The position numbers and the translations under genes were made by a program. From assembly GCA_043823065.1 (NCBI GenBank), contig JBDRBB010000008.1, forward strand, positions 93,643 through 157,642: 64,000 nt of DNA, read 5' to 3'. The first letter of the stretch is position 1. The number at the start of each line of letters is the position of its first letter. Positions 37,397 to 47,408 of the stretch are shown piece after piece. The DNA comes from Pseudomonadota bacterium. Lineage in GTDB: Bacteria; UBA10199; 2-02-FULL-44-16; DYJF01. The notes beneath the pieces are model-generated. The model was given only the letters and a program-made list of their open reading frames with translations, ran no database searches and was not told where the DNA came from.

Positions 37397-38578
37397 ATGT
37401 CTATAAAAAATATTAAGAAAATTAAGCAAAAGAGAGTTAAGAAAACCCCAGCGTCAAGAAAACTGCAAGTCCCTTGTCAAAAAACCCTACTAGCAAAAAT
37501 TAAAACCTTAGAAAATTTGGTAAAGATTATTGAACGCGGCAAACGTCAGTGGGAAGCAACCTTTGATGCAATTGCTTCACCAGTTATGATTGTTGGCAAA
37601 GATTATAAAATAGAGCGGGCAAATATTTTTTTGGCAAATTTAATTGGGGCGGAGATAAAAAAGGTTGTTAATAGGAAGTGTTATCAGGTTTTTGCTGGAC
37701 GAGAAGAAATCTGCGTGGGCTGCCCGGTAAAAGAAGCTGTGGCCATTTATCGACCTTGTTCAAATATGCTTAATAATAAAATTGCTCGAAAAGATTTTGA
37801 AGCTCATGCTTTTCCCTATCTAAATAGGGAGGAAGTATCTGAAGCAGTGGTTATGTATTATCGGGATGTTACCCAAGAAAATTACTTACATCAGGAGTTA
37901 ATCCAAAATGAAAAAATGGCAGCCATTGGTCTTATTTCTGGTGGTATTGCCCATGAAATTAACAATCCTTTAGCAGTAATTTTGGTTTCAGCCCAATATT
38001 TAGTAGAAAATAATCGGCACAATGAGGCTCTTTTAAGTGATTTGAAAAAAATAGAAACAGCAGCCATGCAATGCAAAAGCGTGGTGCGAGATTTGCTTGA
38101 TTTTGCGCGTATTTCCAAAGCAACAGATAAATTGTTGATGGATATTAATTTGGTAATTGAAAAGATGATACCCTTTATTAAAGCTGATTTGGCTTTAAGA
38201 AATATTGAGCTTGTTTTGAAATTGGGTTCAAGTTTGCCCAACTTAAACGGCAGGCAAGACCGCATTCAGCAAGTACTTCTAAATCTTTTTACCAATGCTT
38301 GCCATGCTATGTCCCAAGGAGGAATTTTAACCATTGCCTCTGCCACCAACAATAAAAAAGAGATTTTAGTAACTGTAAGTGACACAGGCCAGGGCATGGA
38401 CGAGGAACAATTAAACAGATTGTTTGAGCCGTTCTATACCACCAAACAAGGCGATGAAGGCACAGGTTTGGGTTTGTCAATTTCCAAACAGATCGTGCAA
38501 GAACATGGTGGCAAGATTGAGGTTCAAAGCAAAAAAAATAAAGGAACTACTTTTAAGCTTGTATTTCCTGGGTGTTAA
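37397..38578 (+). CDS. Cytoplasmic PAS sensor histidine kinase
   Basis: PAS region with CVGCPV. H-box IAHEINNPLAVI. G-boxes SDTGQGMD and GTGLGLSI. Confidence 0.85.
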   Translation: MSIKNIKKIKQKRVKKTPASRKLQVPCQKTLLAKIKTLENLVKIIERGKRQWEATFDAIASPVMIVGKDYKIERANIFLANLIGAEIKKVVNRKCYQVFAGREEICVGCPVKEAVAIYRPCSNMLNNKIARKDFEAHAFPYLNREEVSEAVVMYYRDVTQENYLHQELIQNEKMAAIGLISGGIAHEINNPLAVILVSAQYLVENNRHNEALLSDLKKIETAAMQCKSVVRDLLDFARISKATDKLLMDINLVIEKMIPFIKADLALRNIELVLKLGSSLPNLNGRQDRIQQVLLNLFTNACHAMSQGGILTIASATNNKKEILVTVSDTGQGMDEEQLNRLFEPFYTTKQGDEGTGLGLSISKQIVQEHGGKIEVQSKKNKGTTFKLVFPGC

Positions 38579-38594
38579 GTAAGCGGGGAGGATT

Positions 38595-39977
38595 ATGCAG
38601 CATATTTTAATTGTCGATGATGAACCAGGTATCCGTTCAACCTTGCAAAAATATTTAAGCAACAAAAACTATAATGTTTCTATAGCTGGAAGTTGTGAAG
38701 AGGCTTTTAAAATTTTAGAAGAAGAGCCAGTGCAAGTTGCTTTGGTGGATTTGGTTATGCCTAAAATGGACGGCATTCAATTGATTCACAAGATGAAGCA
38801 GATTCAGCCATCCTTGGTGCCGATTGTAATCACTGGTTTTGGCACTATTACTTCAGCAATTCAGGCCATGAAAGCCGGCGCTTTTCATTATATTACTAAG
38901 CCTTTTGAGCTAGACGATATTTCCCTAATTGTTAATGCAGCTTTGGAACATTACAACCTAAAAGAAGAGAATATTTCTTTACGCAAGCAACTTAAGACAG
39001 AATATAAATTTAAAAATATTGTTGGCAAAAGTGAACCAATGCAGGCGGTTTTTGATTTGGTGGATAAAGTTGCCACAACTGATTCCACAATTTTGATTTT
39101 AGGAGAAAGTGGTACTGGTAAAGAGCTGGTGGCCAGGGCCCTGCATTACAACAGTCGGCGCGCTGAAAAAGCCTTGGTAACCGTGAACTGTGCGGCCATT
39201 CCAGAAGGTCTTTTAGAAACAGAACTTTTTGGGCATGTTAAGGGAGCTTATACTGGTGCTATTTCTACTGCACCGGGCCGTTTTGATAATGCTGATCAGG
39301 GAACAATTTTTTTAGATGAAATTGGTGATATGAGTTTTAAGTTGCAAGTCAAGTTATTGCGTGTCTTGCAGGAACAATCATTTGAGCCAGTTGGTTCAGC
39401 CAAAACTCATAATGTTGATGTGCGTGTAATTGCCGCTACCAATCATGATTTGGAAAAAGCGGTTAAAGAAAAACGTTTTCGGGAAGATCTTTATTATCGA
39501 TTAAATGTAATTCCCATTCATATTCCACCGCTGCGTGAACGCAAGGATGACATACCTTTGCTGGCTAATCATTTTATTGAAAAATTTAATCGAGAAGGCG
39601 AATGCGCCATAGACGGCATTGATGATACAGCTTTGGCTATTTTAATGGATTATGACTGGCCAGGCAATGTGCGCGAACTGGAAAACACCATTGAGCGAGT
39701 TGCGGTGTTAAAAAGAAAAGGACAAATTACCCCGACTGATTTACCGCAAAAAATTGAGGCCTGGCAAGGTACAGCTCAAACAAACCAGAAAAAAGTTAAA
39801 AAAATTAATTTAGATGAGAATATCTCTTTTAGAGAGTTAGTTGCTGATTATGAAACCAATTTAATCAAGCAAGCTTTAGAAAAAGCAGGTTGGAACAAAA
39901 ATAAAGCAGCTAATTTATTGGGGCTAAATCGTACTACTTTGGTGGAGAAACTTAAAAAATTAAAGATCAATAAATGA
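38595..39977 (+). CDS. Sigma-54-dependent response regulator (REC plus AAA+ sigma-54 interaction plus Fis-type HTH), NtrC family
   Basis: REC with Asp in ALVDLVMPKMDG. GESGTGKE. GAYTGA (the GAFTGA motif). C-terminal HTH. Confidence 0.9.
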   Translation: MQHILIVDDEPGIRSTLQKYLSNKNYNVSIAGSCEEAFKILEEEPVQVALVDLVMPKMDGIQLIHKMKQIQPSLVPIVITGFGTITSAIQAMKAGAFHYITKPFELDDISLIVNAALEHYNLKEENISLRKQLKTEYKFKNIVGKSEPMQAVFDLVDKVATTDSTILILGESGTGKELVARALHYNSRRAEKALVTVNCAAIPEGLLETELFGHVKGAYTGAISTAPGRFDNADQGTIFLDEIGDMSFKLQVKLLRVLQEQSFEPVGSAKTHNVDVRVIAATNHDLEKAVKEKRFREDLYYRLNVIPIHIPPLRERKDDIPLLANHFIEKFNREGECAIDGIDDTALAILMDYDWPGNVRELENTIERVAVLKRKGQITPTDLPQKIEAWQGTAQTNQKKVKKINLDENISFRELVADYETNLIKQALEKAGWNKNKAANLLGLNRTTLVEKLKKLKINK

Positions 39978-41419
39978 TTAAAGAAACAGACCTATTAATA
40001 ATTGATAATGATAGCGTTCAAGCTCATCTCTTAGAGGGGTTGGCTGAAGATAAGCGCTGGTCCTATGTGCATGCCAAAACAGGTGAAGAAGCCATCCGTC
40101 TTTTAAATCAGCAGCTATTTAAATTAGTGATTGTTGATGTGAAATTACCTGGGTTTAGCGGTTTGCAAGTTCTGGAATATATCAAGCTTAATCGAATTTT
40201 TGCTGAAGTAATTATGCTCGCAGATCCAGAGAGCATGGAGGTTGCGGTTCAGGGAATTAAAAAAGGCGCCTATGGTTATCTTACCAAACCCTTGCTTGAT
40301 TTAAGCAAGGTGCAAATAACTGTGGAAAAGGCCTTTGAGCATTATGGCTTAAATGCCCAGGTTCGGGATTTAAAAAGAGAAAAATTAGATCGCATTTCTT
40401 ATGAAGGTATTATTGGTCGTAGTAAAAAAATCCAGGAAATCTTTAATACTATCGACAGCGTTGCCGCTACTAATTCCACCATCTTAATTACCGGAGAAAG
40501 CGGTACTGGCAAGGAAATGGTGGCCAAGGCCATTCACAGCAGATCGAATCGCAAAAATAAAAAATTTGTGGTTATTAATTGTGCGGCTATTCCAGAACAA
40601 CTTATGGAGTCAGAGTTGTTTGGTCATAAGCGGGGTTCTTTTACCGGAGCTATTGCTGATAAAAAAGGTCTTTTTGAAGAAGCAAATGGCGGCACTGTTT
40701 TTTTAGATGAGATTGGCGAAGTATCTCCGGTTATTCAAGTTAAGCTCTTGCGAACTATTCAAGAAGGAGAGGTTAAGCCAGTTGGTTCAGGTGAAACTTC
40801 TCAGGTAGATGTGCGCATAATTTCAGCCACGAATCAAGATTTGGTGGAGTTAGTAAAACAAGGTCTTTTTAGAGAAGATCTTTATTATCGCCTAAATGTA
40901 ATCACCCTGCATATGCCATCACTCAGAGAAAGAATGGAAGATATCCCCTTGCTAACTTATCATTTCTTGGAAAAATATAGCCAAAGAGTGGGCAGAATTG
41001 TGAGCAAAATTTCCATTGATGCTTTGCAAGCCCTGCAAAACCATGAATGGATTGGTAATGTTAGAGAATTGGAAAACGTAATTGAACGGGCCGTGGTTTT
41101 GAGTTCAGATGAAACACTTTCTATTTCTGATTTGCCGCCCCGGGTTTTGGGAGATGCTTTTTATCTTTATAAAGAAGATGATCTTGATTTAAGTAAATAT
41201 TCCTACAGGGAAGCTAAAGAGAGGGCCTTGGTCAATTTTAATCGATCCTATTTGCGTAACTTGCTCAAACAAACTTCTGGCAATATTTCCTTTGCCGCCC
41301 AGAAAGCGCATATGGATCGCAGTAATTTTAAAAAATTGATTAAAAAGTATGGAGTGGATCCACGAGAAATTGTTTCGCCAGCAAGGGAATGGTCATTGAA
41401 GCCTGGCGGATCAAAATAA
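39974..41419 (+). CDS. Sigma-54-dependent response regulator, second paralogue
   Basis: REC with Asp in VIVDVKLPGFSG. GESGTGKE. GSFTGA. 4-nt overlap with the upstream gene. Confidence 0.9.
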   Translation: MIKETDLLIIDNDSVQAHLLEGLAEDKRWSYVHAKTGEEAIRLLNQQLFKLVIVDVKLPGFSGLQVLEYIKLNRIFAEVIMLADPESMEVAVQGIKKGAYGYLTKPLLDLSKVQITVEKAFEHYGLNAQVRDLKREKLDRISYEGIIGRSKKIQEIFNTIDSVAATNSTILITGESGTGKEMVAKAIHSRSNRKNKKFVVINCAAIPEQLMESELFGHKRGSFTGAIADKKGLFEEANGGTVFLDEIGEVSPVIQVKLLRTIQEGEVKPVGSGETSQVDVRIISATNQDLVELVKQGLFREDLYYRLNVITLHMPSLRERMEDIPLLTYHFLEKYSQRVGRIVSKISIDALQALQNHEWIGNVRELENVIERAVVLSSDETLSISDLPPRVLGDAFYLYKEDDLDLSKYSYREAKERALVNFNRSYLRNLLKQTSGNISFAAQKAHMDRSNFKKLIKKYGVDPREIVSPAREWSLKPGGSK

Positions 41420-41431
41420 GGGAGGGGTTTC

Positions 41432-42805
41432 ATGAATAACGCAGTACTAATTGTCCATGAATCAGAACCAGTCATTATTGAAAAAACATTGGCAGATAAT
41501 GATCTTCAATTAATTCGCACGGATGTTAAGGCTTTAGAGGGAAGATTGTATCATGAGGCGCCAGAGGTGGTAATTTTCTATAGTGAAAAAGAAGATGCCA
41601 ACCATGCCCTGCAGGTTTTAAAAACTGTTAAGAGTTTTGATGATAATTTGCCGGTAGTGGTTATTGCCAAGCAAACTGGTTTAGCTGAAGTTGTAAACAT
41701 TATGAAAGCCGGGGCTTATGATTTTTTTCCCCTGCCTTTGGATAAAACCAAGTTCAATAATTCGGTTAATAATTCCATAAGACTATATAATCTTACTAAA
41801 CGCGTTTTTTTATTAGAAAACCAAATGGGCTTAAGGGAAGGTTTTGATGATATTATTGGAACTAGTCCAGTGATGCAGGATATTTATCGTACCATTGAAA
41901 TTGTGGCCAAAAGCAATGCTACAGTGCTGGTTTTGGGCGAGAGCGGCAGTGGCAAAGAATTGGTAGCCAAGGCCATTCATCGTCATTCTCCGCGTGTGGA
42001 CAAGGTTTTTATGGATATTAATTGCGGAGCTATTCCTTCTGAGCTGTTGGAAAATGAAATGTTTGGCCATGAAAAAGGCGCCTATACTGGAGCAGATCGC
42101 CGCTATATCGGCAGTTTCGAGCGGGCCAGTGGTGGCACCATTTTTCTAGATGAAATAAGTGAAATGAGCCCGAATTTGCAGGTTAAGCTGCTGCGGTTTT
42201 TACAAGAGCGAAATTTTACGCGCGTGGGATCAAGCGAACCAATTAATGTGGATGTGAGAATTGTGGCAGCTACCAATCGAGATTTGGCAAAATGCGTGAA
42301 AGAAGGCGTTTTTCGCGAAGATCTATATTACCGGCTAAACGTGGTGCCTATTTCAATTCCTAGCCTGCGCGATCGGAGGGAAGATATTCCTTTACTAGCC
42401 AAATACTTTTTGCAAAAACTTTCTGCTAAGAACGAACGGATTTTTTTAGATTTTGCGCCCCAAGCAATGGAAGCGCTAATATCCTATGATTGGCCTGGAA
42501 ATGTGCGCGAACTGGAAAACACCATTGAGCGAGTAGTGGTTTTGAACAATGATAGTAAAGTAAAGCTCAGCCACTTACCTTTGGTAATTAGAGAAAACTC
42601 AGAAAGTAAGCTAGAAGATAGACCTAAAGTTGAGCCAACCTTTGTTGAACAACAAAAAATTGTTCCTCTGGAACTGGTGGAAAGATATGCTATTGAAGCT
42701 GCCCTACGAAAGTGTTATGGAAATGTTGCTGAAGCATCAAACAAACTTAAAATAGGCCAGGCAACATTGTATAGAAAGATAAAGCAATATGGATTAAGAA
42801 CTTAG
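41432..42805 (+). CDS. Sigma-54 enhancer-binding protein with a degenerate (pseudo-)receiver domain
   Basis: GESGSGKE and GAYTGA present. The N-terminal REC-like domain has EVVIFYSEKED at the position where the phospho-acceptor Asp is expected. Confidence 0.8.
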   Translation: MNNAVLIVHESEPVIIEKTLADNDLQLIRTDVKALEGRLYHEAPEVVIFYSEKEDANHALQVLKTVKSFDDNLPVVVIAKQTGLAEVVNIMKAGAYDFFPLPLDKTKFNNSVNNSIRLYNLTKRVFLLENQMGLREGFDDIIGTSPVMQDIYRTIEIVAKSNATVLVLGESGSGKELVAKAIHRHSPRVDKVFMDINCGAIPSELLENEMFGHEKGAYTGADRRYIGSFERASGGTIFLDEISEMSPNLQVKLLRFLQERNFTRVGSSEPINVDVRIVAATNRDLAKCVKEGVFREDLYYRLNVVPISIPSLRDRREDIPLLAKYFLQKLSAKNERIFLDFAPQAMEALISYDWPGNVRELENTIERVVVLNNDSKVKLSHLPLVIRENSESKLEDRPKVEPTFVEQQKIVPLELVERYAIEAALRKCYGNVAEASNKLKIGQATLYRKIKQYGLRT

Positions 42806-42813
42806 GAGGTTTA

Positions 42814-43173
42814 ATGAATATCAATGTAGAACAACAAGGTAATGTTTCAATTTTGCACTGCGGAGGAAGTTTGGATGCAGAATCTGTGGCTGGATTTAAA
42901 AAAATCGCCTATGATTTGGTGGAAAAAGGATCGGTAAATATTGTGATAGATTGTGAAGCAATTAATTTTGTGGATAGCATGGGCTTGGGCGCTTTAATTT
43001 CTCTGTTGCGTAGGGCTCGTTCCAGAAAAGGAGATGTAAAAGTATCTGCTCTAAGTGAAGATGTTAGAACAGTTTTTGAAATCACTAGACTGCATCGTCT
43101 TTTTGATATTTGCGCTGATGCCAGTGCTGCATGTCACCGTTTTGATAAGGCTGCCATACAAAAAAACAATTAA
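42814..43173 (+). CDS. STAS-domain anti-sigma-factor antagonist (SpoIIAA/RsbV-like)
   Basis: Conserved phosphorylatable Ser context FVDSMGLGALI. 119 aa. Confidence 0.8.
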   Translation: MNINVEQQGNVSILHCGGSLDAESVAGFKKIAYDLVEKGSVNIVIDCEAINFVDSMGLGALISLLRRARSRKGDVKVSALSEDVRTVFEITRLHRLFDICADASAACHRFDKAAIQKNN

Positions 43174-43180
43174 TTGATTC

Positions 43181-43591
43181 ATGGATTTTTCAGTTAAAAT
43201 AAGTATTTTAAGTGATACAAAATATTTGGCCCCCTTAAGGGGGCTTGTTCATGCTGTGTCAAAAGCGGTTGAACGCCATGATATTCCAGAACAAGCTTGG
43301 AAGGCCTGCGCTCTTGGTTTGATTGAAGCAGTTGATAATGCGATTTTTCATGCGCATCAAAACAAGGAGAACGAGCCTATTGACGTAAAGCTCACTGTGG
43401 GTGATAGTGCCATCGAAATTTCAATATTGGATCAAGGTTTGGGATTTAATACAGCTTTTGACCCAGACCAAGCGCCAGATTTAATGTCTACAAGTGGTCG
43501 TGGTCTTTATTTAATGCACGCCTTAATGAGTAAAGTGGAAAGGCGGCAAAGCGAGCAAGGACATGAAGTTGTGTTAACCTATAATCTTTGA
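43181..43591 (+). CDS. Anti-sigma regulatory factor / serine protein kinase (RsbW/SpoIIAB-like HATPase_c)
   Basis: N-box EAVDNAIFHAH. G1 DQGLGF. G2 GRGLYLM. Confidence 0.7.
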   Translation: MDFSVKISILSDTKYLAPLRGLVHAVSKAVERHDIPEQAWKACALGLIEAVDNAIFHAHQNKENEPIDVKLTVGDSAIEISILDQGLGFNTAFDPDQAPDLMSTSGRGLYLMHALMSKVERRQSEQGHEVVLTYNL

Positions 43592-43637
43592 AGAATAAGC
43601 TCAATTTGAGGAGAGTAAGCTTTGAGGTTGAAGCAAT

Positions 43638-44981
43638 ATGATGAGAAAAAGCAGGGAGAGTATTAGCAAGGAAGTGGCTATGGCGGAAAAATTGCATAAA
43701 AAATTAAAAGCCCAGAGCGCTACCAGAAAAACCGATGAATCTATGGAAAGCATTTATTCCTTAAGTAAGGCCATTGCCCAGGCTTCAGAGATAAAAGAGA
43801 TTTATGAATTAATTTTAGATGAAGTGGTGAGAATTTTTGGCGTGGAAAAAGCATCTATCATGGTTTATGACCCGGATTTAGATGCCTTAAAGATTGCAGC
43901 TGCTAGAGGATTAGATATAGACATTAAAAACAAGGCTTTTGTTAGAGTTGGAGAAGGCATTAGCGGTAAGGTTTTTAAAAGCAGCGAACCTTTGCTAATT
44001 CAAGATATTCAGGCTTCTGGAATGGATAAAGGCAGGGATCGCTATAAAACAAAATCTCTCATGTCTGCGCCAGTCACTTGTTTTCCCATGAAAGTTGGCA
44101 AGCAGACCCTGGGCGTTATCAATGTAACTGATCGCGCTAGTGGCAAATCTTTTGATGCTACTGACCTAAAAGTTCTGACCACTTTATCCAACCAGGTGGC
44201 GTCATATTTGCGAATAGTGCAATTGTCCAGAGAAGTTGCTTCAACTGAGCAGCTCAAACAACAGTTGGAAATTGCCCGCCAAATTCAATATCGCTTATTG
44301 CCAGTTAACCCCCCAAATTTAGAGGGAATTGAAGCTGCTGGTAGAGTTGTTACAGCTGATCGGGTTGGTGGCGATTATTATGATTTTTTTATTTCACACA
44401 GTAAGCGTCCTTCATTTGCTATTGCTGATGTGTCTGGGCATTCCATTGGCGCGGCTCTAACTATGGCTGCTTTTCGTTCAGCAATTAGGGCTCAAATGGA
44501 TTCTGAGTTTACAACTTCAATTTTGGTTCAGCGAATCAATCAGATTCTTTTTGAAGATTTATTTCAAGCAGAGCAATTTATCTCCATGGCTTTTTTGAAA
44601 TATATGAAGGCCAGGCAGCTTATCCAGTTTACCAATGCTGGTCATCCGCCGCCAATTATTTGGCGGAGTGGCTTGCGTAAGTTCGAAGAATTATATACAG
44701 ATGATCCCTTGTTGGGAATTGAACCGATTAGCATCTACCATGAAAAACAAGTTGTGGTTTCCAAGGGAGATGTGGTGCTGTTATATACTGATGGCTTAAC
44801 TGAAGCAGCAAATACTAAAGGAGAGCGTTTTGGAAAAGCCCGGCTGCTTAATTTCCTAGAGCCTATCATGGAAAAGAGCGCTGAGGAAATTGTTGGAGAA
44901 ATTGTTGAACAAGCAGCTAGTTTTGCTGATCCAGCGCCGATTAAAGACGATATTACAGCTATGGTTTTAAAGATTACGTAG
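43638..44981 (+). CDS. GAF-domain PP2C (SpoIIE-type) serine phosphatase, RsbU-like
   Basis: PP2C motifs GGDYYDF, ADVSGHSIGAAL and LYTDGLTEA. N-terminal GAF. Confidence 0.85.
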   Translation: MMRKSRESISKEVAMAEKLHKKLKAQSATRKTDESMESIYSLSKAIAQASEIKEIYELILDEVVRIFGVEKASIMVYDPDLDALKIAAARGLDIDIKNKAFVRVGEGISGKVFKSSEPLLIQDIQASGMDKGRDRYKTKSLMSAPVTCFPMKVGKQTLGVINVTDRASGKSFDATDLKVLTTLSNQVASYLRIVQLSREVASTEQLKQQLEIARQIQYRLLPVNPPNLEGIEAAGRVVTADRVGGDYYDFFISHSKRPSFAIADVSGHSIGAALTMAAFRSAIRAQMDSEFTTSILVQRINQILFEDLFQAEQFISMAFLKYMKARQLIQFTNAGHPPPIIWRSGLRKFEELYTDDPLLGIEPISIYHEKQVVVSKGDVVLLYTDGLTEAANTKGERFGKARLLNFLEPIMEKSAEEIVGEIVEQAASFADPAPIKDDITAMVLKIT

Positions 44982-44986
44982 AGACT

Positions 44987-46186
44987 ATGGAATATCAAGC
45001 AACCCTAAAATATCTGGAGTCATTAATACCCGTTAATTTTAAACAAGATTTAGTTGCTTTGAGCGAAGCTTGTCATTTGTTTGACAATCCCAGCTTGGCT
45101 TTCCCTACTATTCATATTGCTGGTACTAATGGCAAAGGTTCTACGGCAACTTTTTTGACTTCAATTTTAATGCATAGTGGTTACAAAGTTGGTCTCTACA
45201 CTTCTCCGCATTTAATAGATGTTAGGGAGCGTATTCAGGTTAATCGCCAACCAATTTCCGAACAAGATTTTGTCAAACTAACAGAAGAAATTCGCAAAGT
45301 TCTACCAAATGAGCGGTATTTAACTTATTTTGAGTTTTTAACTTTAATGTCTTTTCTATATTTTAAACAGCAAAAAGTTGATATAGCAGTGTTTGAAACT
45401 GGTTTGGGTGGTCGTCTTGACGCCACAAATGTGATAAAGCCTCAAGTGGCAATTATTACCTCTATTTCTTTTGATCATAGACATCATTTAGGGGCTAGCT
45501 TGGCAGATATTGCCAAAGAAAAATGCGGAATTATCAAACGTGGTGTGCCCACAGTAGTTGCCGAGCAGCAAAATGAAGTCATGGATGTAGTGCGCAGGTG
45601 GTGTGATGATCAAGGTTCTCCTTTGTGTGTGGCCCATCCAGCAGATATTACTCAGCCGTTAGGTTTGCTAGGTAAACATCAAAAACAAAATGCCTCTTGT
45701 GCAGTAGAGGCAGCGCAGCTTTTGTCAGCCATGTTTAAGATTAAAAAAGTAGATGAAGCTTTGCTAAATACACATTGGAGCGGTCGTCTGGAACAAGTTA
45801 ATGCTGCTCCTAAAGTTTTGGTAGATGGGGCCCATAATTTAGCTGGAGCACAAGTGTTGGCTGAATATATTTCTGAAACAATTCCTCGCGATAAGGTAGT
45901 GTTGATGATTGGAATTATGCAGGATAAAGATATCAAAGGTATTTGCCGAGTTTTGGCGCCAACGGCAAAAGAGATAATTTGTGTGCGCGCGCCAATAGAT
46001 CGCAGCGCTTCGCCAAAAGATATCGCTGCTGCAGCCAGATCTTATGGGGCTGAAGTGCATGTTGAAGAAGAAGTTGCTCAGGCCCTGGCTACCTGGCTTA
46101 AAAAATTAAAAAAGCAAGATATTCTAATTATCTCTGGTTCTTTAATGATTGTGGCTGAAGCCAAGAAATATTTCGACAAAGCTTAA
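44987..46186 (+). CDS. folC: Folylpolyglutamate synthase / dihydrofolate synthase
   Basis: P-loop IHIAGTNGKGST. Mur-ligase-like architecture. Confidence 0.9.
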   Translation: MEYQATLKYLESLIPVNFKQDLVALSEACHLFDNPSLAFPTIHIAGTNGKGSTATFLTSILMHSGYKVGLYTSPHLIDVRERIQVNRQPISEQDFVKLTEEIRKVLPNERYLTYFEFLTLMSFLYFKQQKVDIAVFETGLGGRLDATNVIKPQVAIITSISFDHRHHLGASLADIAKEKCGIIKRGVPTVVAEQQNEVMDVVRRWCDDQGSPLCVAHPADITQPLGLLGKHQKQNASCAVEAAQLLSAMFKIKKVDEALLNTHWSGRLEQVNAAPKVLVDGAHNLAGAQVLAEYISETIPRDKVVLMIGIMQDKDIKGICRVLAPTAKEIICVRAPIDRSASPKDIAAAARSYGAEVHVEEEVAQALATWLKKLKKQDILIISGSLMIVAEAKKYFDKA

Positions 46187-47226
46187 ACAAGCAACATACA
46201 ATCCCCATAACTAAAAAGCCGGTATTTTTGTTTAATAGCTTCCTGGTAGGCGTTAAGTACAAACTCTTTGCCGGCAAAAGCAGAAACCAGCATGATTAAA
46301 GTTGATTTAGGTTGATGAAAATTAGTGAGCACTGCATCTACAATCTGAAATTCATAGCCTGGAGTAATAAAAAGATGAGTTTCTTGCTCACCTGCTTGCA
46401 CCAAGTTATTTTTAGCGCTGGCTTCTAAGGCACGTACAGTGGTGGTGCCAATAGCCACAATTTTTTTTCCTTGGTTTTTTGCGTTATTAACTGTTTCTGC
46501 AGTTTTTGCTGAAATAAAAATTTTTTCACCATGCATCTTATGATCTTTAATGTTTTCCTCACGCACTGGAGCAAAAGTATCCATCCCAACATGTAGTGTT
46601 ACGTATTCAATTAAAACACCCTTATCCTGGATTTTTTGTAAAAGCTCTGTGGAAAAGTGCAGGCCAGCAGTAGGCGCTGCTGCAGAGCCAGGAGTTTTGG
46701 CATATACAGTTTGGTAACGCTGGCGATCTAAATCAGTATAATCCTGAAACTCTTTTTTCCTAATATAAGGAGGCAGGGGTGGAACACCGCAACGTTCAAT
46801 TGCTCTTTGACAGTGGCCAGCTGGAAATTCTACAACTAAGAAATCTTGATCTCTACCTTTAACAACTGCTTGGGCGGAAATGCCAAAAAAGAATTTATCT
46901 CCTTTGTGATAATTGCGCACACGCTTTGTTAAGCAGCGCCAGGTTTGAACTGTATGTTCCTCTCCTTTTGTTTTTTCCACCAAAAGCAGCTCTAAAGATC
47001 TGCCACCAGATCTCTGGCCAAAAATTCGCCAAGCCATAACCTGAGAATTGTTAAGTATTAAGACATCACCTTTATTCAAATACTTAATGATGTCAGTTAA
47101 TTGAGCATGTTCATAGGTCTGAGCTTGCCGGTTGAGAACCATCATTTTGGAGGCTGTTCGCTCTGCTAAAGGTTGCTGGGCAACCAACTCTTCAGGAAAT
47201 TTATAATTGAAATCACTAAGTTTCAT
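46183..47226 (-). CDS. queA: S-adenosylmethionine:tRNA ribosyltransferase-isomerase
   Basis: N-terminus MKLSDFNYKFPEELVAQQPLAERTASKMMVL is typical of QueA. 347 aa. Confidence 0.92.
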   Translation of the reverse strand: MKLSDFNYKFPEELVAQQPLAERTASKMMVLNRQAQTYEHAQLTDIIKYLNKGDVLILNNSQVMAWRIFGQRSGGRSLELLLVEKTKGEEHTVQTWRCLTKRVRNYHKGDKFFFGISAQAVVKGRDQDFLVVEFPAGHCQRAIERCGVPPLPPYIRKKEFQDYTDLDRQRYQTVYAKTPGSAAAPTAGLHFSTELLQKIQDKGVLIEYVTLHVGMDTFAPVREENIKDHKMHGEKIFISAKTAETVNNAKNQGKKIVAIGTTTVRALEASAKNNLVQAGEQETHLFITPGYEFQIVDAVLTNFHQPKSTLIMLVSAFAGKEFVLNAYQEAIKQKYRLFSYGDCMLLV

Positions 47227-47289
47227 AAGTGGGCCAGAGATAGCTTAGGCCTAGGTAGTTAGTCAAGAAGCAACGGAAGTGTTGTTCAT

Positions 47290-47358
47290 GGTTCGACAAG
47301 CTCACCACGAACGGCTAACTATTTGATTTTCCGTTCACCCTGAGCTGGTCGAAGGGTT
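47290..47358. other. Long imperfect hairpin (~25-bp arms, 16-nt loop) followed by a T-run, in the queA/nfeD divergent region
   Basis: Arms ggttcgacaagctcaccacgaacgg and ccgttcaccctgagctggtcgaagg, about 18/25 complementary. Then gcttgctttttt. Confidence 0.3.
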
Positions 47359-47408
47359 AAACAACAATTCCGCTTGCTTTTTTGTGGTTAGTGGCGAAAC
47401 TGCAGGTT

